A DNA stretch of 64,000 nt. It comes from an uncultured Collinsella sp. (GTDB lineage Bacteria > Actinomycetota > Coriobacteriia > Coriobacteriales > Coriobacteriaceae). The notes under the pieces were generated by a model. It had not been told where the DNA came from, did not search any database, and saw only the letters and a program-made list of their open reading frames with translations. The position numbers and the translations under genes are program-made. The DNA lies in contig URWW01000001.1 in NCBI GenBank assembly GCA_900551665.1, positions 970 through 64,969 on the forward strand, read 5' to 3'. Positions 1 to 13,278 of the stretch are shown in pieces (position 1 is the first letter of the stretch; the number at the start of each line of letters is the position of its first letter).

Positions 1-631
1 CCGTTTCCGCATCGGTGACCCCATGGATTTCAACGACGTCGACGCCCATTGCACGCAATAGATCCGCGAAATAGCGGCTTGCCGACCCATACAGCGGGTC
101 ATACACAACCTTTAGATGAGCTGCCGCAATCGCTTCGGTGTCGACAAGCGTGTAGAGATGATCGAAATACCTAGTCAGATAATCGCACGTTTCAATTGCA
201 CCGCGTTCAGGAGTCGGGTCGGAGGGAATGGCCCGCTCGAGCTCCTCATAGATTTCGTCCGAGCCTATACCGCCGTCCGCCTGGCGGAGCTTGATGCCCT
301 GATAATCGTTGGGACTATGCGACCCCGTCACCATGAGGCCGCCTACAGCCCGCACATCCTGAGCGACGGTCCATGACAATGCGGGTGTTGGAACATACCG
401 ATCGGACACTTTGACGTGCAATCCATGCGAGGCAAGGACCTTACCCGCCAACCGCGCGAAATGATCGGCACCTGGGCGCATGTCGTATCCGACATACACC
501 AAGGCGCCGGGTGCGCGACGCGCCCACATCTCACCCGCGGCATCGGCCACACGGATCACGTTGTCGTCGTTGAAGTCGCCATCAAGCCGGGCTCGCCAGC
601 CGTCAGCGCCAAAATGAAGTATCGCGCCCAT
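1..631 (-). CDS. Phosphoglucomutase/phosphomannomutase family protein (alpha-D-phosphohexomutase), 3' end runs off the window
   Basis: Not in the ORF track. Manual translation from ATG 631 gives MGAILHFGADGWRARLDGDF...VYVGYDMR...VPTPALSW...GGLMVTGSHSPNDYQGIKL, matching the FGTDGxR, GYDxR, PTP and phosphoserine (TASHNP-like) motifs. Confidence 0.88.
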   Translation of the reverse strand, partial: MGAILHFGADGWRARLDGDFNDDNVIRVADAAGEMWARRAPGALVYVGYDMRPGADHFARLAGKVLASHGLHVKVSDRYVPTPALSWTVAQDVRAVGGLMVTGSHSPNDYQGIKLRQADGGIGSDEIYEELERAIPSDPTPERGAIETCDYLTRYFDHLYTLVDTEAIAAAHLKVVYDPLYGSASRYFADLLRAMGVDVVEIHGVTDAET

Positions 632-821
632 GCGCGCATGCACCCCTTGCGGTGTTCTGTGGTTGACGTCTCTGCATAGCTCGGTATACCCGAACCGCGA
701 CGGGCCAACCAGCGTCACGCCTTTCTAAGCAAACTGTAAGATTCTCCCGCTCACTTGAGGTTGCGCATAACGGCAGGCGCCATCTCGGCAAGCGCTCCTC
801 GGGGTGACATCAACCAAACGC

Positions 822-865
822 AAAACCCCCTGCAAGGAGGCCATGAGCGGCGTGCTTGCAGGGGG
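822..865 (-). terminator. Intrinsic terminator after the DtxR/MntR gene
   Basis: CCCCCTGCAAG (826-836) / CTTGCAGGGGG (855-865) inverted repeat, followed by a U-run on the minus strand. Confidence 0.55.
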
Positions 866-893
866 GATCCTCATGCGTGGGGGGGCTTCGGCG

Positions 894-1322
894 TCAGTCA
901 GCGAGCTTGATTCCGTCGCGCTCCATATGGGCGATCCAGCGATCCATAGTGTCCTCGGACAGGGCGTGCTCCATCTTGCACGCCTCCTCATCGGCGCGTT
1001 CGAATTCAACACCCAGCTCGTCGGTCAGGAAAGCGCGCAGCATGCGGTGGCGACGCCACACGGCAGCTCCTATGGACCTTCCCTCCTCGGTCAGGCGGAC
1101 CTTTCCGTAATGCGCCTGTTCGACCATGCCCTGTGATTTGAGCGATGCGATCGCCTTGTTGACCGAAGCTTTGGAGACATCCAGACGCTGTGCGATCTCG
1201 ACCGAACGGATGCCGTCGGTACCCTGGTCGGGCTCCTCCGCCTCGATGCGCACGATGCACTCGAGGTAATCCTCATTTGCCATGGTGAGATGTGGTTTGG
1301 CGCCCTGATCAGCTGCTTCCAC
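894..1322 (-). CDS. DtxR/MntR family metal-dependent transcriptional repressor
   Basis: EDYLECI, wHTH IAQRLDVSKASV, RRH..L..FL and EACKMEH metal-site motifs. GTG 1322 follows an AAGGGA SD (ORF track start 1337). Confidence 0.9.
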   Translation of the reverse strand: MEAADQGAKPHLTMANEDYLECIVRIEAEEPDQGTDGIRSVEIAQRLDVSKASVNKAIASLKSQGMVEQAHYGKVRLTEEGRSIGAAVWRRHRMLRAFLTDELGVEFERADEEACKMEHALSEDTMDRWIAHMERDGIKLAD

Positions 1323-1450
1323 GTTTGTTCCCTTCACTTCGGTTCTCTGCGCTGCATTCTACCCCAAAGACGCCGAGCGCCCCGAGACCCGAATGGGCAA
1401 ACGGGGAGCTCGACGTGCTTCTGTGCAATTGCAACAGATTTCGTGTCAGT

Positions 1451-2683
1451 TTATGCGGCGAACTTGGCCACCAGATGGGTCAGGACATCGACCATGGTTT
1501 CGAGCGACTTCACCGGAATGAACTCGTTTACTCCGTGGCAGCAATAGGCTCCCGTAGAGAGGTTCGGGCAGGGCAACCCACGGAAGGACAGCTGAGCGCC
1601 GTCGGTGCCACCGCGGATGGGGATGACGTTGGGCTCAACGCCGGTCTCGGCGAACGCCTCCTTGGCGAGGGCGATGAGCTCAGGATACTGCGCCACCTTC
1701 TCGGCCATGTTGCGGTACTGCTGCTTGACCTCGACGGTCACGCGCTCGCAGCCCTGCTCCTCGTTCATGAACGACACGGCGGACAGCAGGTGATCGATCT
1801 TGGCCTGGAACTTGCCGGCATCGTGATCGCGGATGATGTAGCGGCTCGTCGCATGCTCAACCGTGCCGCTGATTCCCTCGAGATAATAGAAGCCCTCATA
1901 CCCGCTGGTGTACTCCGGGCGCTGCACGGCGGGAAGCAAGCTGTGGAAGCGATGTGCGAGCTCGGCGGCGTTGACCATGCGGCCCTTGGCATCGCCGGGA
2001 TGGATGGAGAAGCCCTGGAAACGCACGACGGCCTCGGCGGCGTTGAAGCACTCCCACTCGAGTTCGCCGATTGGGCCACCGTCAACCGTGTAGGCGTACG
2101 TGCAGCCATAAGCATCCAGATCGAGCAGCTCGGCGCCATGGCCGATCTCCTCGTCGGGGCAGAAACAGATGCCCAGCTCAGGATGGGGCAGGGCGGGATT
2201 TTCCGCAATGAGGGCGACGAGCGCCATGATCTCGGCGATACCGGCTTTGTCGTCTGCCCCCAACAGCGTGGTGCCGTCGGTGCATACGAGTTCCTCACCC
2301 ACCAGGTCGTTCAAGGCGGGCAGCAGTGCGGGGCTGATGGAGACCGCTTTGCCATCAACCATGGCGCACACCAGATCACCGCCCTCGTAAGTCACGACAT
2401 GGGGCTTCACGCCAAAGCCGGGAGCCTGTTCGGTGGTATCGAGATGCGAGATCAGCCCAAGGCGCGGACGGTCCTCGGCACCCTCACTTGCGGGGATCCA
2501 AGCTGTGACATAGGCGTTCTCGGTCACCGTGACATCACGGGCACCGAGGTCGCGCAGCTCATCGGCAAGCATGTTGGCAAGGTCGAACTGAATGGCGGTC
2601 GAGGGGACCTGATCGCAATGCTCATCGGCAGACTGCGTGTCCACCTGGACATATCTCAAGAAGCGGTTGAGGACATCTGACAT
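1451..2683 (-). CDS. pepT: Peptidase T (tripeptide aminopeptidase, M20B)
   Basis: RFLRYV..DTQS, HLDT, TDGTTLLGADDKAG, PDEEIG, HPGDAKG.MVNA, IRGGTDG. Confidence 0.95.
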   Translation of the reverse strand: MSDVLNRFLRYVQVDTQSADEHCDQVPSTAIQFDLANMLADELRDLGARDVTVTENAYVTAWIPASEGAEDRPRLGLISHLDTTEQAPGFGVKPHVVTYEGGDLVCAMVDGKAVSISPALLPALNDLVGEELVCTDGTTLLGADDKAGIAEIMALVALIAENPALPHPELGICFCPDEEIGHGAELLDLDAYGCTYAYTVDGGPIGELEWECFNAAEAVVRFQGFSIHPGDAKGRMVNAAELAHRFHSLLPAVQRPEYTSGYEGFYYLEGISGTVEHATSRYIIRDHDAGKFQAKIDHLLSAVSFMNEEQGCERVTVEVKQQYRNMAEKVAQYPELIALAKEAFAETGVEPNVIPIRGGTDGAQLSFRGLPCPNLSTGAYCCHGVNEFIPVKSLETMVDVLTHLVAKFAA

Positions 2684-2823
2684 GGATGTTCCTTTCTAGT
2701 TGGGCGGCGCCCCACGTGAGGAGGCCGATACGCGAAACACCCCCAGCGTATGCCAGGGGTGCTTGCAAGTCAAAGACACGTATATGTGTTTGCGAGTCCG
2801 AAGCTGAAGCGAATCGCGCTCTC

Positions 2824-3975
2824 CTACTCGGCTGTCGACTCGTCCTCGGCATCGCCGGATGCGAACGCGGAACCTGAGATGTCGCTCAGCGTGGAGCCAT
2901 TGCCCGTCTCGCTGCCCATGGTCTGGGGGCCATCGGGGTTCTCACCGGCGTCCACCTTGGCCATCATCTCGGCGAGCTTATCCTCGTACACGAACACGTA
3001 GCTCACGCCGTTCACATAGGTCGTGCCATCGGCGTAAGAGGGGATGTTGGCGACGTACATGTCGTTACCCACATCCATACCGCGCATCGCGTTGGCCACC
3101 GACATGATGTCCTGCACACTCAACGTTGTGATCACCACGTTGGAAAGGGACTCGACCGTGCCCATGATGCTTGCGGGATCAAGGTCATTCAGAATCTTGG
3201 AGGCAAGGGCGCCGAGAACCTGGCGCTGATGGCGCATGCGGGTGTAGTCGCCGTCGGCGTAGGTGTAGCGGCAACGGGCGTAGGCAAGAGCGGTCCTGCC
3301 GTCCATATGCTGCCAGCCCTTCTCGACCTTGACATCGAGGTGCGCGGGGTCGTCGACCTCCTCCGTGGCCTCCAGGTCGATACCGCCGACGGCATCGATG
3401 AGCTGCTCCATGCCGGGGAAGTTGACCTCGGCATAGTGCGACACCTTCTGCTCGCCGCCGAAGCACAGGTCGTTCACCGCCTTGATGACACCCTCGGGGC
3501 CATCGATCGAATGCGTGGCGTTGATCTTCATGGTCTCACCCTTGTAGACCACACGGGTGTCACGCGGGATCGAGATGAGCGCGGCCTTTTTCTCGACGGG
3601 GTCGACTCGCGCCAGGATGATCGAGTCGGAGCGATACACGTCCTCGCCCGGACGGCCGTCCGTGCCGAGCAGGAGCATGTAAAACGGCTCGCGAGCGACA
3701 TCGGAATCGTTCAGGATCTGCAGGACGTTGGCGCCAATGAAGCCGTTGCCGCTCAGGTTGCCCGTAATGCGGAAGAACCAAGCTCCAACACCCACGACGC
3801 CCACGAGCAGCACCGCGAGCACCGCGCCGAGAATGCCGCGCTTGATCATGCGGCTCTTACGGCGCTGGCGGGCGCGCTCGGAATAACGGCTCACGTTCTC
3901 GCGGCTGTAAATCCTACTGCTGGCACCCGTGGAGGGCTGGCGGCCCTGCTGGACCGGGATCTTTCTCTGGCTCAT
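2824..3975 (-). CDS. LCP (LytR-CpsA-Psr) family cell-wall glycopolymer transferase
   Basis: Basic N-terminus plus one TM helix; LLLGTD, RSDSIIL, SIPRDT, KIN, ALAYAR.R, GDYTRMRHQR. Confidence 0.92.
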   Translation of the reverse strand: MSQRKIPVQQGRQPSTGASSRIYSRENVSRYSERARQRRKSRMIKRGILGAVLAVLLVGVVGVGAWFFRITGNLSGNGFIGANVLQILNDSDVAREPFYMLLLGTDGRPGEDVYRSDSIILARVDPVEKKAALISIPRDTRVVYKGETMKINATHSIDGPEGVIKAVNDLCFGGEQKVSHYAEVNFPGMEQLIDAVGGIDLEATEEVDDPAHLDVKVEKGWQHMDGRTALAYARCRYTYADGDYTRMRHQRQVLGALASKILNDLDPASIMGTVESLSNVVITTLSVQDIMSVANAMRGMDVGNDMYVANIPSYADGTTYVNGVSYVFVYEDKLAEMMAKVDAGENPDGPQTMGSETGNGSTLSDISGSAFASGDAEDESTAE

Positions 3976-3987
3976 AGAGTACCTACG

Positions 3988-5271
3988 CTAGTCGTCGATG
4001 GGATCGGGTACGCTCAGACGCTCGACATGAGCGCCAAGCGAGCAAAGCTTCTCAACGAAGCGCTCGTACCCGCGGTCGATGTGATGGATGGCGGACACCT
4101 CGGTGTAGCCCTCGGCGATAAGGCCGGCGACCACGAGGGCCGCACCGCCGCGCAGATCGGGCGAGGTGACCTGGGCTCCGGAGAATCCGTCCACGCCGTG
4201 CACCATTGCATGATGGCTCTCCACGCGGATGTCCGCGCCCATGCGAACGAGCTCAGAGGCGAACATGAAGCGGTTCTCGAAGATGTTCTCCGTAATGATG
4301 GAATTGCCGTCGGCAAGGGCGGACAGGACCATGATCTGGGCCTGCATATCCGTGGGGAAGCCGGGGAACGGCAAGGTCTGGATGTCGACCGGCTCAATGC
4401 GATCGGCGCGATAGGCTCGGACGCCATTCTCGATACGATCGATGCGCACGCCCATGAGCTCGAGCTTCTTGATGACCATGCCGAGGTTGATCGGGTTGAA
4501 ACCAGTGACCTCGACGCCCGACTCATCGGCCATGAGGGCGGCGGCGGTGATGAAGGTACCTGCCTCGATACGGTCGCCCACCACGCGGTGGGTCACGGGA
4601 TGCAGCTCATCCACACCCTCGATCTGAACGACGGGGGTGCCGGCGCCGGTGATCTTGGCGCCCATCTCGTTGAGCATGTTGGCGAGGTCCACGATCTCGG
4701 GCTCGCGCGCCGCGTTGTCGATGACGGTGGTGCCCTTGGCCTTGACCGCGGCCATGATGAGGTTCTCCGTGGCACCGACGCTGGCGAATTCGAGCGTCAC
4801 CGCCGTGCCGGTAAGACCCTCGGGCGCGTCGGCGTGAATGTAGCCGTGATCGGTGTCGAACTGAACGCCCAGGGCGCCGAGGCCCAGGATGTGCATGTCG
4901 ATCTTGCGTGCGCCGAGGTTGCAGCCGCCGGGCATCGCGATCTTGGCACAGCCGAAACGCCCAAGCAGCGGACCCATGACCGCGGTCGACGCGCGCATCT
5001 TGGCCACCAGGTCATACGGCGCCTCCCAGGAGGACACGGCAGAGGTATCGATGCGCAGCGTGTGCTCATCGAGTACGTCGATGGTCGCGCCCATGCGCTT
5101 GAGCACCTTGCCCATCACATGGACGTCAGAGATGTTGGGCACGTTCTCGAGTGTGGTGGCACCCGGTGCGAGCAACGTTGCGGCCATGAGCTTGAGCGCG
5201 GAGTTCTTCGCACCCGAGACGGCGACCGTGCCGCTGATGAGATGACCACCTTCAACGCGGATGATATCCAA
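3988..5271 (-). CDS. murA: UDP-N-acetylglucosamine 1-carboxyvinyltransferase
   Basis: [21 protein letters not shown] (catalytic Cys), SVGATEN, GFPTDMQ, DLRGG, HIDRGY. Probable TTG start at 5271. Confidence 0.96.
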   Translation of the reverse strand: MDIIRVEGGHLISGTVAVSGAKNSALKLMAATLLAPGATTLENVPNISDVHVMGKVLKRMGATIDVLDEHTLRIDTSAVSSWEAPYDLVAKMRASTAVMGPLLGRFGCAKIAMPGGCNLGARKIDMHILGLGALGVQFDTDHGYIHADAPEGLTGTAVTLEFASVGATENLIMAAVKAKGTTVIDNAAREPEIVDLANMLNEMGAKITGAGTPVVQIEGVDELHPVTHRVVGDRIEAGTFITAAALMADESGVEVTGFNPINLGMVIKKLELMGVRIDRIENGVRAYRADRIEPVDIQTLPFPGFPTDMQAQIMVLSALADGNSIITENIFENRFMFASELVRMGADIRVESHHAMVHGVDGFSGAQVTSPDLRGGAALVVAGLIAEGYTEVSAIHHIDRGYERFVEKLCSLGAHVERLSVPDPIDD

Positions 5272-5360
5272 GCGTTTCCCTTTCAAAAAAAACATGCCCG
5301 GGGCCGTTCCCCGGGCATGATGTCAATCGCTGTGCGCGCGAACGGCTCGTTCGCCTGCGC

Positions 5361-5765
5361 CTACTGAGCAAGCAGCAGCTTGCACCATGCGATTTCATTA
5401 TAGAGGTAGGCGCGACGAGCGTCGCCCTCCGCCATATTCCCCAGCTGGTCTTCAAAACCTGCAAGCCTGGCGTTCACCTCGTCGACATCGACTTTCTCGG
5501 TATCGATGGCACGCTCGACGAGCACGATGACCTCGTCGTTCGCAACTTGGACATACCCGTCCGTCACCGCGAAGACATGGTCGACGACGCCCATCTTGGT
5601 TTCGGAGACGCGGATATGGCCACCGTCGATCGTGCAGATCTCGCTCGCATGACGCGGGAGAATACCGAACTCTCCGATGGTGGAGGGCACCGCCACATAC
5701 GCGACGGCCCCCTCATACACGCACTCCTCGGGGCAGACGATTCGCAGCTGCATGGGCTTTGCCAT
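5361..5765 (-). CDS. atpC: F1 ATP synthase epsilon subunit
   Basis: IVCPE, GEFGILPRH; last gene of the atp operon. Confidence 0.93.
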   Translation of the reverse strand: MAKPMQLRIVCPEECVYEGAVAYVAVPSTIGEFGILPRHASEICTIDGGHIRVSETKMGVVDHVFAVTDGYVQVANDEVIVLVERAIDTEKVDVDEVNARLAGFEDQLGNMAEGDARRAYLYNEIAWCKLLLAQ

Positions 5766-5770
5766 GGTTC

Positions 5771-8115
<2,345 letters not shown>

Positions 8116-8123
8116 AGGGCTTA

Positions 8124-9740
8124 CTACTCTCCAGCTTCGTCGGCGACCGACTTGGCGGGCGCCTTCCCGGAGTCGCGAGACGCCAGGAACTGATCCTTGT
8201 AATCGCTGATCGCCTGCTCGAGCTCCTTGCCGATGCGATCGTCGATCTTGGCGGAGCGGAACTCCTCCAGGAGCTTGCGGTAGGCACCGTTCAGGAACTC
8301 CACCAGACCGTCGCGGAAGGGCACGACATCCTCGAGAGGCATGTCATCGAGGTAGCCCTTGTTGCCCGCGTACAGCACGGCGACCTGATCGACGACGTCC
8401 AGTGCCTTGAAGCGACCCTGCTTGAGGAGCTCGGTCATGCGAGCACCGTGGGTGAGCTGCTTCTGCGTGGTGGCGTCGAGGTCGGAGCCGAACTGGGTGA
8501 AGCCGGCGAGCTCGCGGTAGGACGCGAGGTCCAGACGCAGGTTGCCCGCCTGCTGCTTCATGGCCTTGGTCTGCGCGGAACCACCGACGCGCGACACGGA
8601 GATGCCGACGTCGACAGCGGGGCGCTGACCCTGGTGGAACAGCTCGGACTGCAGGTAGATCTGACCATCGGTAATCGAAATCACGTTGGTCGGGATGTAG
8701 GCGGAAACGTCGCCATCCTGCGTCTCGATGATCGGCAGGGCGGTCAGGGAGCCGCCGCCGTTCTTCTCGGAGAGCTTGCAAGCGCGCTCCAGGAGGCGAG
8801 AGTGCAGGTAGAAGATGTCGCCGGGGTAGGCCTCGCGTCCGGGCGGGCGACGCAGCGTCAGCGACATCTGACGATAGGCGACGGCCTGCTTGGACAGGTC
8901 ATCGTAGATGACAAGCACGTGGCCGCCGGGATTGGTGGCGCTGGCGGGCTGGCCGTCCTCACCGTTGTACATGAAGTACTCGCCGATGGCGGCACCCGCC
9001 ATCGGGGCGATGTACTGCAGCGGCGCGGAGTCTGCCGCGGTGGCGCTCACGATGACGGTGTAGTCGAGCGCACCGTGCTGAGCGAGTGTCTCGCGAATGT
9101 TCGCGACCGTGGAGGCCTTCTGGCCGATGGCCACGTACACGCAGATCATGCCCTTGCCACGCTGGTTGATAATGGCATCGATGGCAATGGCGGTCTTACC
9201 GGTCTTGCGGTCGCCGATGATGAGCTCGCGCTGGCCGCGGCCGATCGGGATCATCGCGTCAACCGCGAGCAGACCCGTCTGCACGGGCTCGCACACCGGG
9301 GTGCGCTCGATGACGCCGGGGGCCTTGAACTCGATGGGGCGACGATGCGTCTCACCGACGCTGCCCTTGCCATCGATGGGCTGGCCAAGCGGGTTGACGA
9401 CACGACCGAGCATGCCGCGACCCACGGGGATGTCCATAACGCGACCGGTGGTGCGGCAGGCGTCGCCCTCCTTGATGGAGTCGACATCGCCGAACAGAAC
9501 GGCGCCGACCTCTTCGCGGTCGAGGTTCTGAGCCAGGCCGTACACGGTCTTGCCCGTGATGGAGCTGGTGAACTCAAGGAGCTCACCGGCCATCGCGCTT
9601 TTGAGACCGAAGACGTGAGCGATACCATCGCCCACCTCGGCTACGTGGGATACTTCTTGGGTATCGACGGTAGCCGACAGATCATACAGGCGCTGCCGTA
9701 GGATCTGCTCGATGTTCTCGGCATTGATTGCCTCGGACAT
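8124..9740 (-). CDS. atpA: F1 ATP synthase alpha subunit
   Basis: [30 protein letters not shown]. Confidence 0.99.
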   Translation of the reverse strand: MSEAINAENIEQILRQRLYDLSATVDTQEVSHVAEVGDGIAHVFGLKSAMAGELLEFTSSITGKTVYGLAQNLDREEVGAVLFGDVDSIKEGDACRTTGRVMDIPVGRGMLGRVVNPLGQPIDGKGSVGETHRRPIEFKAPGVIERTPVCEPVQTGLLAVDAMIPIGRGQRELIIGDRKTGKTAIAIDAIINQRGKGMICVYVAIGQKASTVANIRETLAQHGALDYTVIVSATAADSAPLQYIAPMAGAAIGEYFMYNGEDGQPASATNPGGHVLVIYDDLSKQAVAYRQMSLTLRRPPGREAYPGDIFYLHSRLLERACKLSEKNGGGSLTALPIIETQDGDVSAYIPTNVISITDGQIYLQSELFHQGQRPAVDVGISVSRVGGSAQTKAMKQQAGNLRLDLASYRELAGFTQFGSDLDATTQKQLTHGARMTELLKQGRFKALDVVDQVAVLYAGNKGYLDDMPLEDVVPFRDGLVEFLNGAYRKLLEEFRSAKIDDRIGKELEQAISDYKDQFLASRDSGKAPAKSVADEAGE

Positions 9741-9744
9741 GTGG

Positions 9745-10227
9745 CTATACCTCCGAATTCATTCCGGGTTGAGTCATGACCTTATAGGCCTGCTCAAGTT
9801 GGTGACGCACGGATGCGTCGCGGCGGCGTCCGTTGACGGACAGGATGATGCCGCCGGTGATCGACGGATCGACATGCTCGATCAGGAACACGTTGCGACC
9901 CAGATCGAGTTCGCACTTCTGGGTGACCAGCATGCGCAGCTCGTTGTCGAGCGGGACCGCCGTGGTGACGGTAACGCCGACCGTGGCCTCGTCGCCCTCG
10001 GCCATCTCGCTATAGAGGTCGAGAACGGCGCCGAGCTTATCGAGGTCGCCGTTGGCGGCCATCTGCGAAAGGACGGAGAGGACCTCCGGACTCGCATTCG
10101 CCTCGGCCTTGAGGGGCTCGATGTTCTCGAGAACGCGGTTCTCGGTCTTGGCGGCCTCGAGCAGCGTACGCGCGTAGGTTTCCAGCTTGCGCTTCTCGAA
10201 GCGATCGCTGATGGACGGATTAGGCAT
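9745..10227 (-). CDS. atpH: F1 ATP synthase delta subunit
   Basis: [22 protein letters not shown]...DAS. ATG 10227 overlaps the end of atpF. Confidence 0.9.
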   Translation of the reverse strand: MPNPSISDRFEKRKLETYARTLLEAAKTENRVLENIEPLKAEANASPEVLSVLSQMAANGDLDKLGAVLDLYSEMAEGDEATVGVTVTTAVPLDNELRMLVTQKCELDLGRNVFLIEHVDPSITGGIILSVNGRRRDASVRHQLEQAYKVMTQPGMNSEV

Positions 10228-10822
10228 TGAGCTTACCCACTTCCGCAAGATACTTCTTGATGAGCTCGCGCTGCTTGGCCTCATCGTTGGCGAGCGTGTC
10301 GCCCACGATGGACTTGGCCACGGCGACGGACATCTTGGCGATGGTGTCGGTGGCGCTCATGTAAGCGCGCTTCTTCTCATCCTCGGCGCGATCGCGCGCC
10401 TTGGCGATGATTTCCTCGGCCTCGGTGTGAGCGGCGGCGACGATGCGCGAACGCTCCTTGTCGGCGTCGCCGCGAGCCTCGAGAACAATCTCGGAAGCCT
10501 TGCGACGGGCCTCGGCGACGATGGCATCGGCCTGCTCGCGAATCTCGGCCGCCTCGGCCTTGGTGGCGTCGGCCTGCTCGAGGCTGTCCTCGATCTTGTG
10601 CTCACGGGCATCCAGAACGGAAATGACCTTGGGCCAGACGAACTTGGACAGCAGGAACCAGATGATCAGGAAGATGACGAGCGCGGGAACGAACTCGGCC
10701 ATCTTGGGGATCAGGATATCCGCGCCACCTGATTCGGTTCCCTCAGCAAAAGCCAGGGCGGGGGTAAACAGCACCGAGGCGGCGGCCCCAAGTGCGATAC
10801 CTGCGCTTTTAACGTTTTTCAT
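10220..10822 (-). CDS. atpF: Fo ATP synthase subunit b, with an extra N-terminal signal-like segment
   Basis: TM helix followed by KFVWP...LD.R..KI and an Ala/Glu-rich coiled coil. ATG 10822 follows a GGGGGAG SD. Confidence 0.92.
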   Translation of the reverse strand: MKNVKSAGIALGAAASVLFTPALAFAEGTESGGADILIPKMAEFVPALVIFLIIWFLLSKFVWPKVISVLDAREHKIEDSLEQADATKAEAAEIREQADAIVAEARRKASEIVLEARGDADKERSRIVAAAHTEAEEIIAKARDRAEDEKKRAYMSATDTIAKMSVAVAKSIVGDTLANDEAKQRELIKKYLAEVGKLNA

Positions 10823-10868
10823 GACTCCCCCTCGGGATTCACGCCCGGTACTCTTGCGAAGACCGAAC

Positions 10869-11063
10869 TTATTTGACAACCAGTGCGACGACGAAGCCGA
10901 TCAGGGCCAGAGCCTCGGCGAAGGCGGCAGCCATGATGAAGACGGTGAAGACGCGGTCCTGAACCTCGGGCTGACGGGCCATGGCGCTCGCGACGCCGTA
11001 TGCTGCCAGACCGATAGCGATGCTCGCGCCGATAACACCAAGACCGTAACCGATAACTCCCAC
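10869..11063 (-). CDS. atpE: Fo ATP synthase subunit c (probably H+-type)
   Basis: ARQPE loop; conserved Glu in FAEAL without the Na+-type ES/ET signature; AAGGAGG SD before GTG. Confidence 0.96.
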   Translation of the reverse strand: MGVIGYGLGVIGASIAIGLAAYGVASAMARQPEVQDRVFTVFIMAAAFAEALALIGFVVALVVK

Positions 11064-11161
11064 AATTCCTCCTTGAGTTCATGCGCCGCCTACCGGCGCA
11101 TCTTGAACACGATACCTATATCAAATGCCCCGTATGGGATATGGGCATTTGGTACCCAATA

Positions 11162-11962
11162 TTAGTGGCCCTCAGCCTCAGCGCCCTGAATGTACACGGC
11201 GGTAAGGACGGTGAAGACGTACGCCTGGATGACGCCGACGAAGATCTCGATCGCATAGATCACGAACAGGATCGCGCCGAACACCAGGGACGGGATGGCC
11301 CCCAGGACGTTCGCGGCGGTGAGCTGCGCAATGAGCGGCTCGGCGAACAGGGAGACCATGAGGGCAAACGACCCGAGCACGATATGGCCGGCGAACATGT
11401 TGCAGAACAGACGCACGGCGAGCGTGATGGGACGAAGCAGCGTGGAGATGAGCTCGATCACCCAGATGAGGATGTTGAGCGGGAACATGACACCCTTGGG
11501 CGCGAGGCTCTTGATGTAGCCCCAGACGCCATGGTTCTTCATGCCCACGCGGACGAAGTAGATGAACACCACGAGCGCCAGGGCGGCAGTGGTGGAGATG
11601 GTACCCGTGCCGGGCTTCATGCCGGGGATGATGCCGATGATGTTGTTCACCACGATGAACATGAACAGAGTGCCCAGGAAGGGCAGGTGACGACGCCAGG
11701 ACTCCTTGCCCAGAATGCCCACGCCCACGTCGTTCTCGAGGTACTCGATCACGAACTCGACGGCATTGGCGAAACGGCCGCGAGGCACCACGGCGACGCG
11801 CTTTGCGAACGCGAACATGATGATGAGCAGCACGATCGAGGAAACGATCAGCCAGAACGTGTACTGCGTCAGGCCTGAAACCAAGTCGCCGACCACCGGT
11901 ATCGAGCTGAAGCTCGACACAAGGTGGTTAATCTCGGCCGGCAGCTTATCGAATGCTTCCAA
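11162..11962 (-). CDS. atpB: Fo ATP synthase subunit a
   Basis: RPITLAVRLFCNMFAGH, IQAYVF..LT.VY. Confidence 0.96.
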   Translation of the reverse strand: MEAFDKLPAEINHLVSSFSSIPVVGDLVSGLTQYTFWLIVSSIVLLIIMFAFAKRVAVVPRGRFANAVEFVIEYLENDVGVGILGKESWRRHLPFLGTLFMFIVVNNIIGIIPGMKPGTGTISTTAALALVVFIYFVRVGMKNHGVWGYIKSLAPKGVMFPLNILIWVIELISTLLRPITLAVRLFCNMFAGHIVLGSFALMVSLFAEPLIAQLTAANVLGAIPSLVFGAILFVIYAIEIFVGVIQAYVFTVLTAVYIQGAEAEGH

Positions 11963-11973
11963 CGCTAACCCTC

Positions 11974-12264
11974 CTAGAGTCTACGACTCATCGTTATGGC
12001 GGCGAGAACCGCCCACATGACCAGGAACCCTCCGAGGAACCCGATCGCGAACACCACCAAATCCGCTGGCGCCACAGCCCACATCAGGGCGAATACCGCC
12101 ATCAGAAAGACAAACGATATCGCGAGCGCCGCCATTCCCTTGCCGACCGTCGGTCGCATGCGCTTCTTCCGCGCAAGCAAGACCACCGTCAACATGGGCA
12201 TGAAGCCGGCGACGCCGATTCCCATCCCCGCCACGAGGACGCCGATGTCACCGGAATCGACCAT
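11974..12264 (-). CDS. AtpI-like small membrane protein
   Basis: Hydrophobic multi-TM ORF directly upstream of atpB. ATG 12264 follows GAAAGG. Confidence 0.65.
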   Translation of the reverse strand: MVDSGDIGVLVAGMGIGVAGFMPMLTVVLLARKKRMRPTVGKGMAALAISFVFLMAVFALMWAVAPADLVVFAIGFLGGFLVMWAVLAAITMSRRL

Positions 12265-12368
12265 CGATCGCCTTTCCACTGCACAATCATGACCGTCGCG
12301 GCCATCTCATCCCATGCCCGAAACACGGGGCAAAACTGCCCGTAACCGCACGATTACCAGTGACTGGC

Positions 12369-12396
12369 AGTATATCGCGCGGCGTTTCACGCGCAA
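12369..12396 (-). promoter_or_regulatory. Candidate sigma70-type promoter of the atp operon
   Basis: Minus strand reads TTGCGC-16 nt-TATACT. Confidence 0.5.
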
Positions 12397-12603
12397 GGAA
12401 ATTTTGACAACTGGACTATGATTATGAACATCTGTTCACAAAGAGACATCCGTGAAATATATTTCATCACATATACGCACAGATGTCTCTTTTCCTTTGC
12501 GAATTAACGGCAATATTTTATCGCCTCAACGGCAAGTTCTTGCCGTTTCGCGTCATCAATCGACACGGCGTGCGCCACAGGTGCACGCCGCTTGAGAGAA
12601 ACG

Positions 12604-13251
12604 CTATAGAGTGCCAAAAATACGGTCGCCAGCATCGCCCAGTCCAGGGACAATATATGCAGCGTCGTTCAGTTTCTCATCAATGGAGCAGGTATACAAG
12701 CGGACATCGGGGTCGTGTCCGAGAACGGTCGCAATCCCCTCGGGAGCGGCGACCAGGACGAGCAAGCGGATGTCCTTCACGCCCTGTGCGCGCAGGTAAT
12801 CGATAGCGGCGGTTGCCGAGCCACCGGTGGCGAGCATGGGATCGACAACCAGGCAGATGCGCTGGTCGGCATCGGAAGGCAGCTTCGCATAGTACTCGTG
12901 CGGCTCGTGCGTGACCTCGTCGCGGTACATGCCCACATGGCCGACGCGTGCCGCCGGGATGAGCTCGAGCAGGCCGTCGACCATACCGAGGCCCGCGCGC
13001 AGAATGGGCACGATAGCGACTTTGCGGCCGGCGATGCGCTTGCCGGTGGTCTCGCAGATGGGGGTAGTCACGGGCGCGTCCTCGAGCGGGAAATCGCGGG
13101 TCGCCTCATAACCCTCGAACAGGGCCAGCTCCTTGACGAGCTCTCGGAACTGCTTGGAGCCGGTGTTCTCATCACGCATGATGGTCAGCTTGTGCTGGAC
13201 GAGTGGATGGTCGACGAGGGTCACCCGGCTGCGATCGAAATCGACGGACAT
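12604..13251 (-). CDS. upp: Uracil phosphoribosyltransferase
   Basis: [39 protein letters not shown]. Confidence 0.98.
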   Translation of the reverse strand: MSVDFDRSRVTLVDHPLVQHKLTIMRDENTGSKQFRELVKELALFEGYEATRDFPLEDAPVTTPICETTGKRIAGRKVAIVPILRAGLGMVDGLLELIPAARVGHVGMYRDEVTHEPHEYYAKLPSDADQRICLVVDPMLATGGSATAAIDYLRAQGVKDIRLLVLVAAPEGIATVLGHDPDVRLYTCSIDEKLNDAAYIVPGLGDAGDRIFGTL

Positions 13252-13278
13252 ACTGTACTCCTTAAATTGAACGAAGAG

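Noticed and set aside
116..1136. Short ORF-track calls at the left edge
   Set aside because: They overlap the minus-strand phosphohexomutase and MntR genes, which explain the region
12420..12442. Canonical Rex or CRP operator upstream of atp
   Set aside because: Half-site spacing is 2 bp longer than TGTGA-N6-TCACA; kept only as an unassigned palindrome
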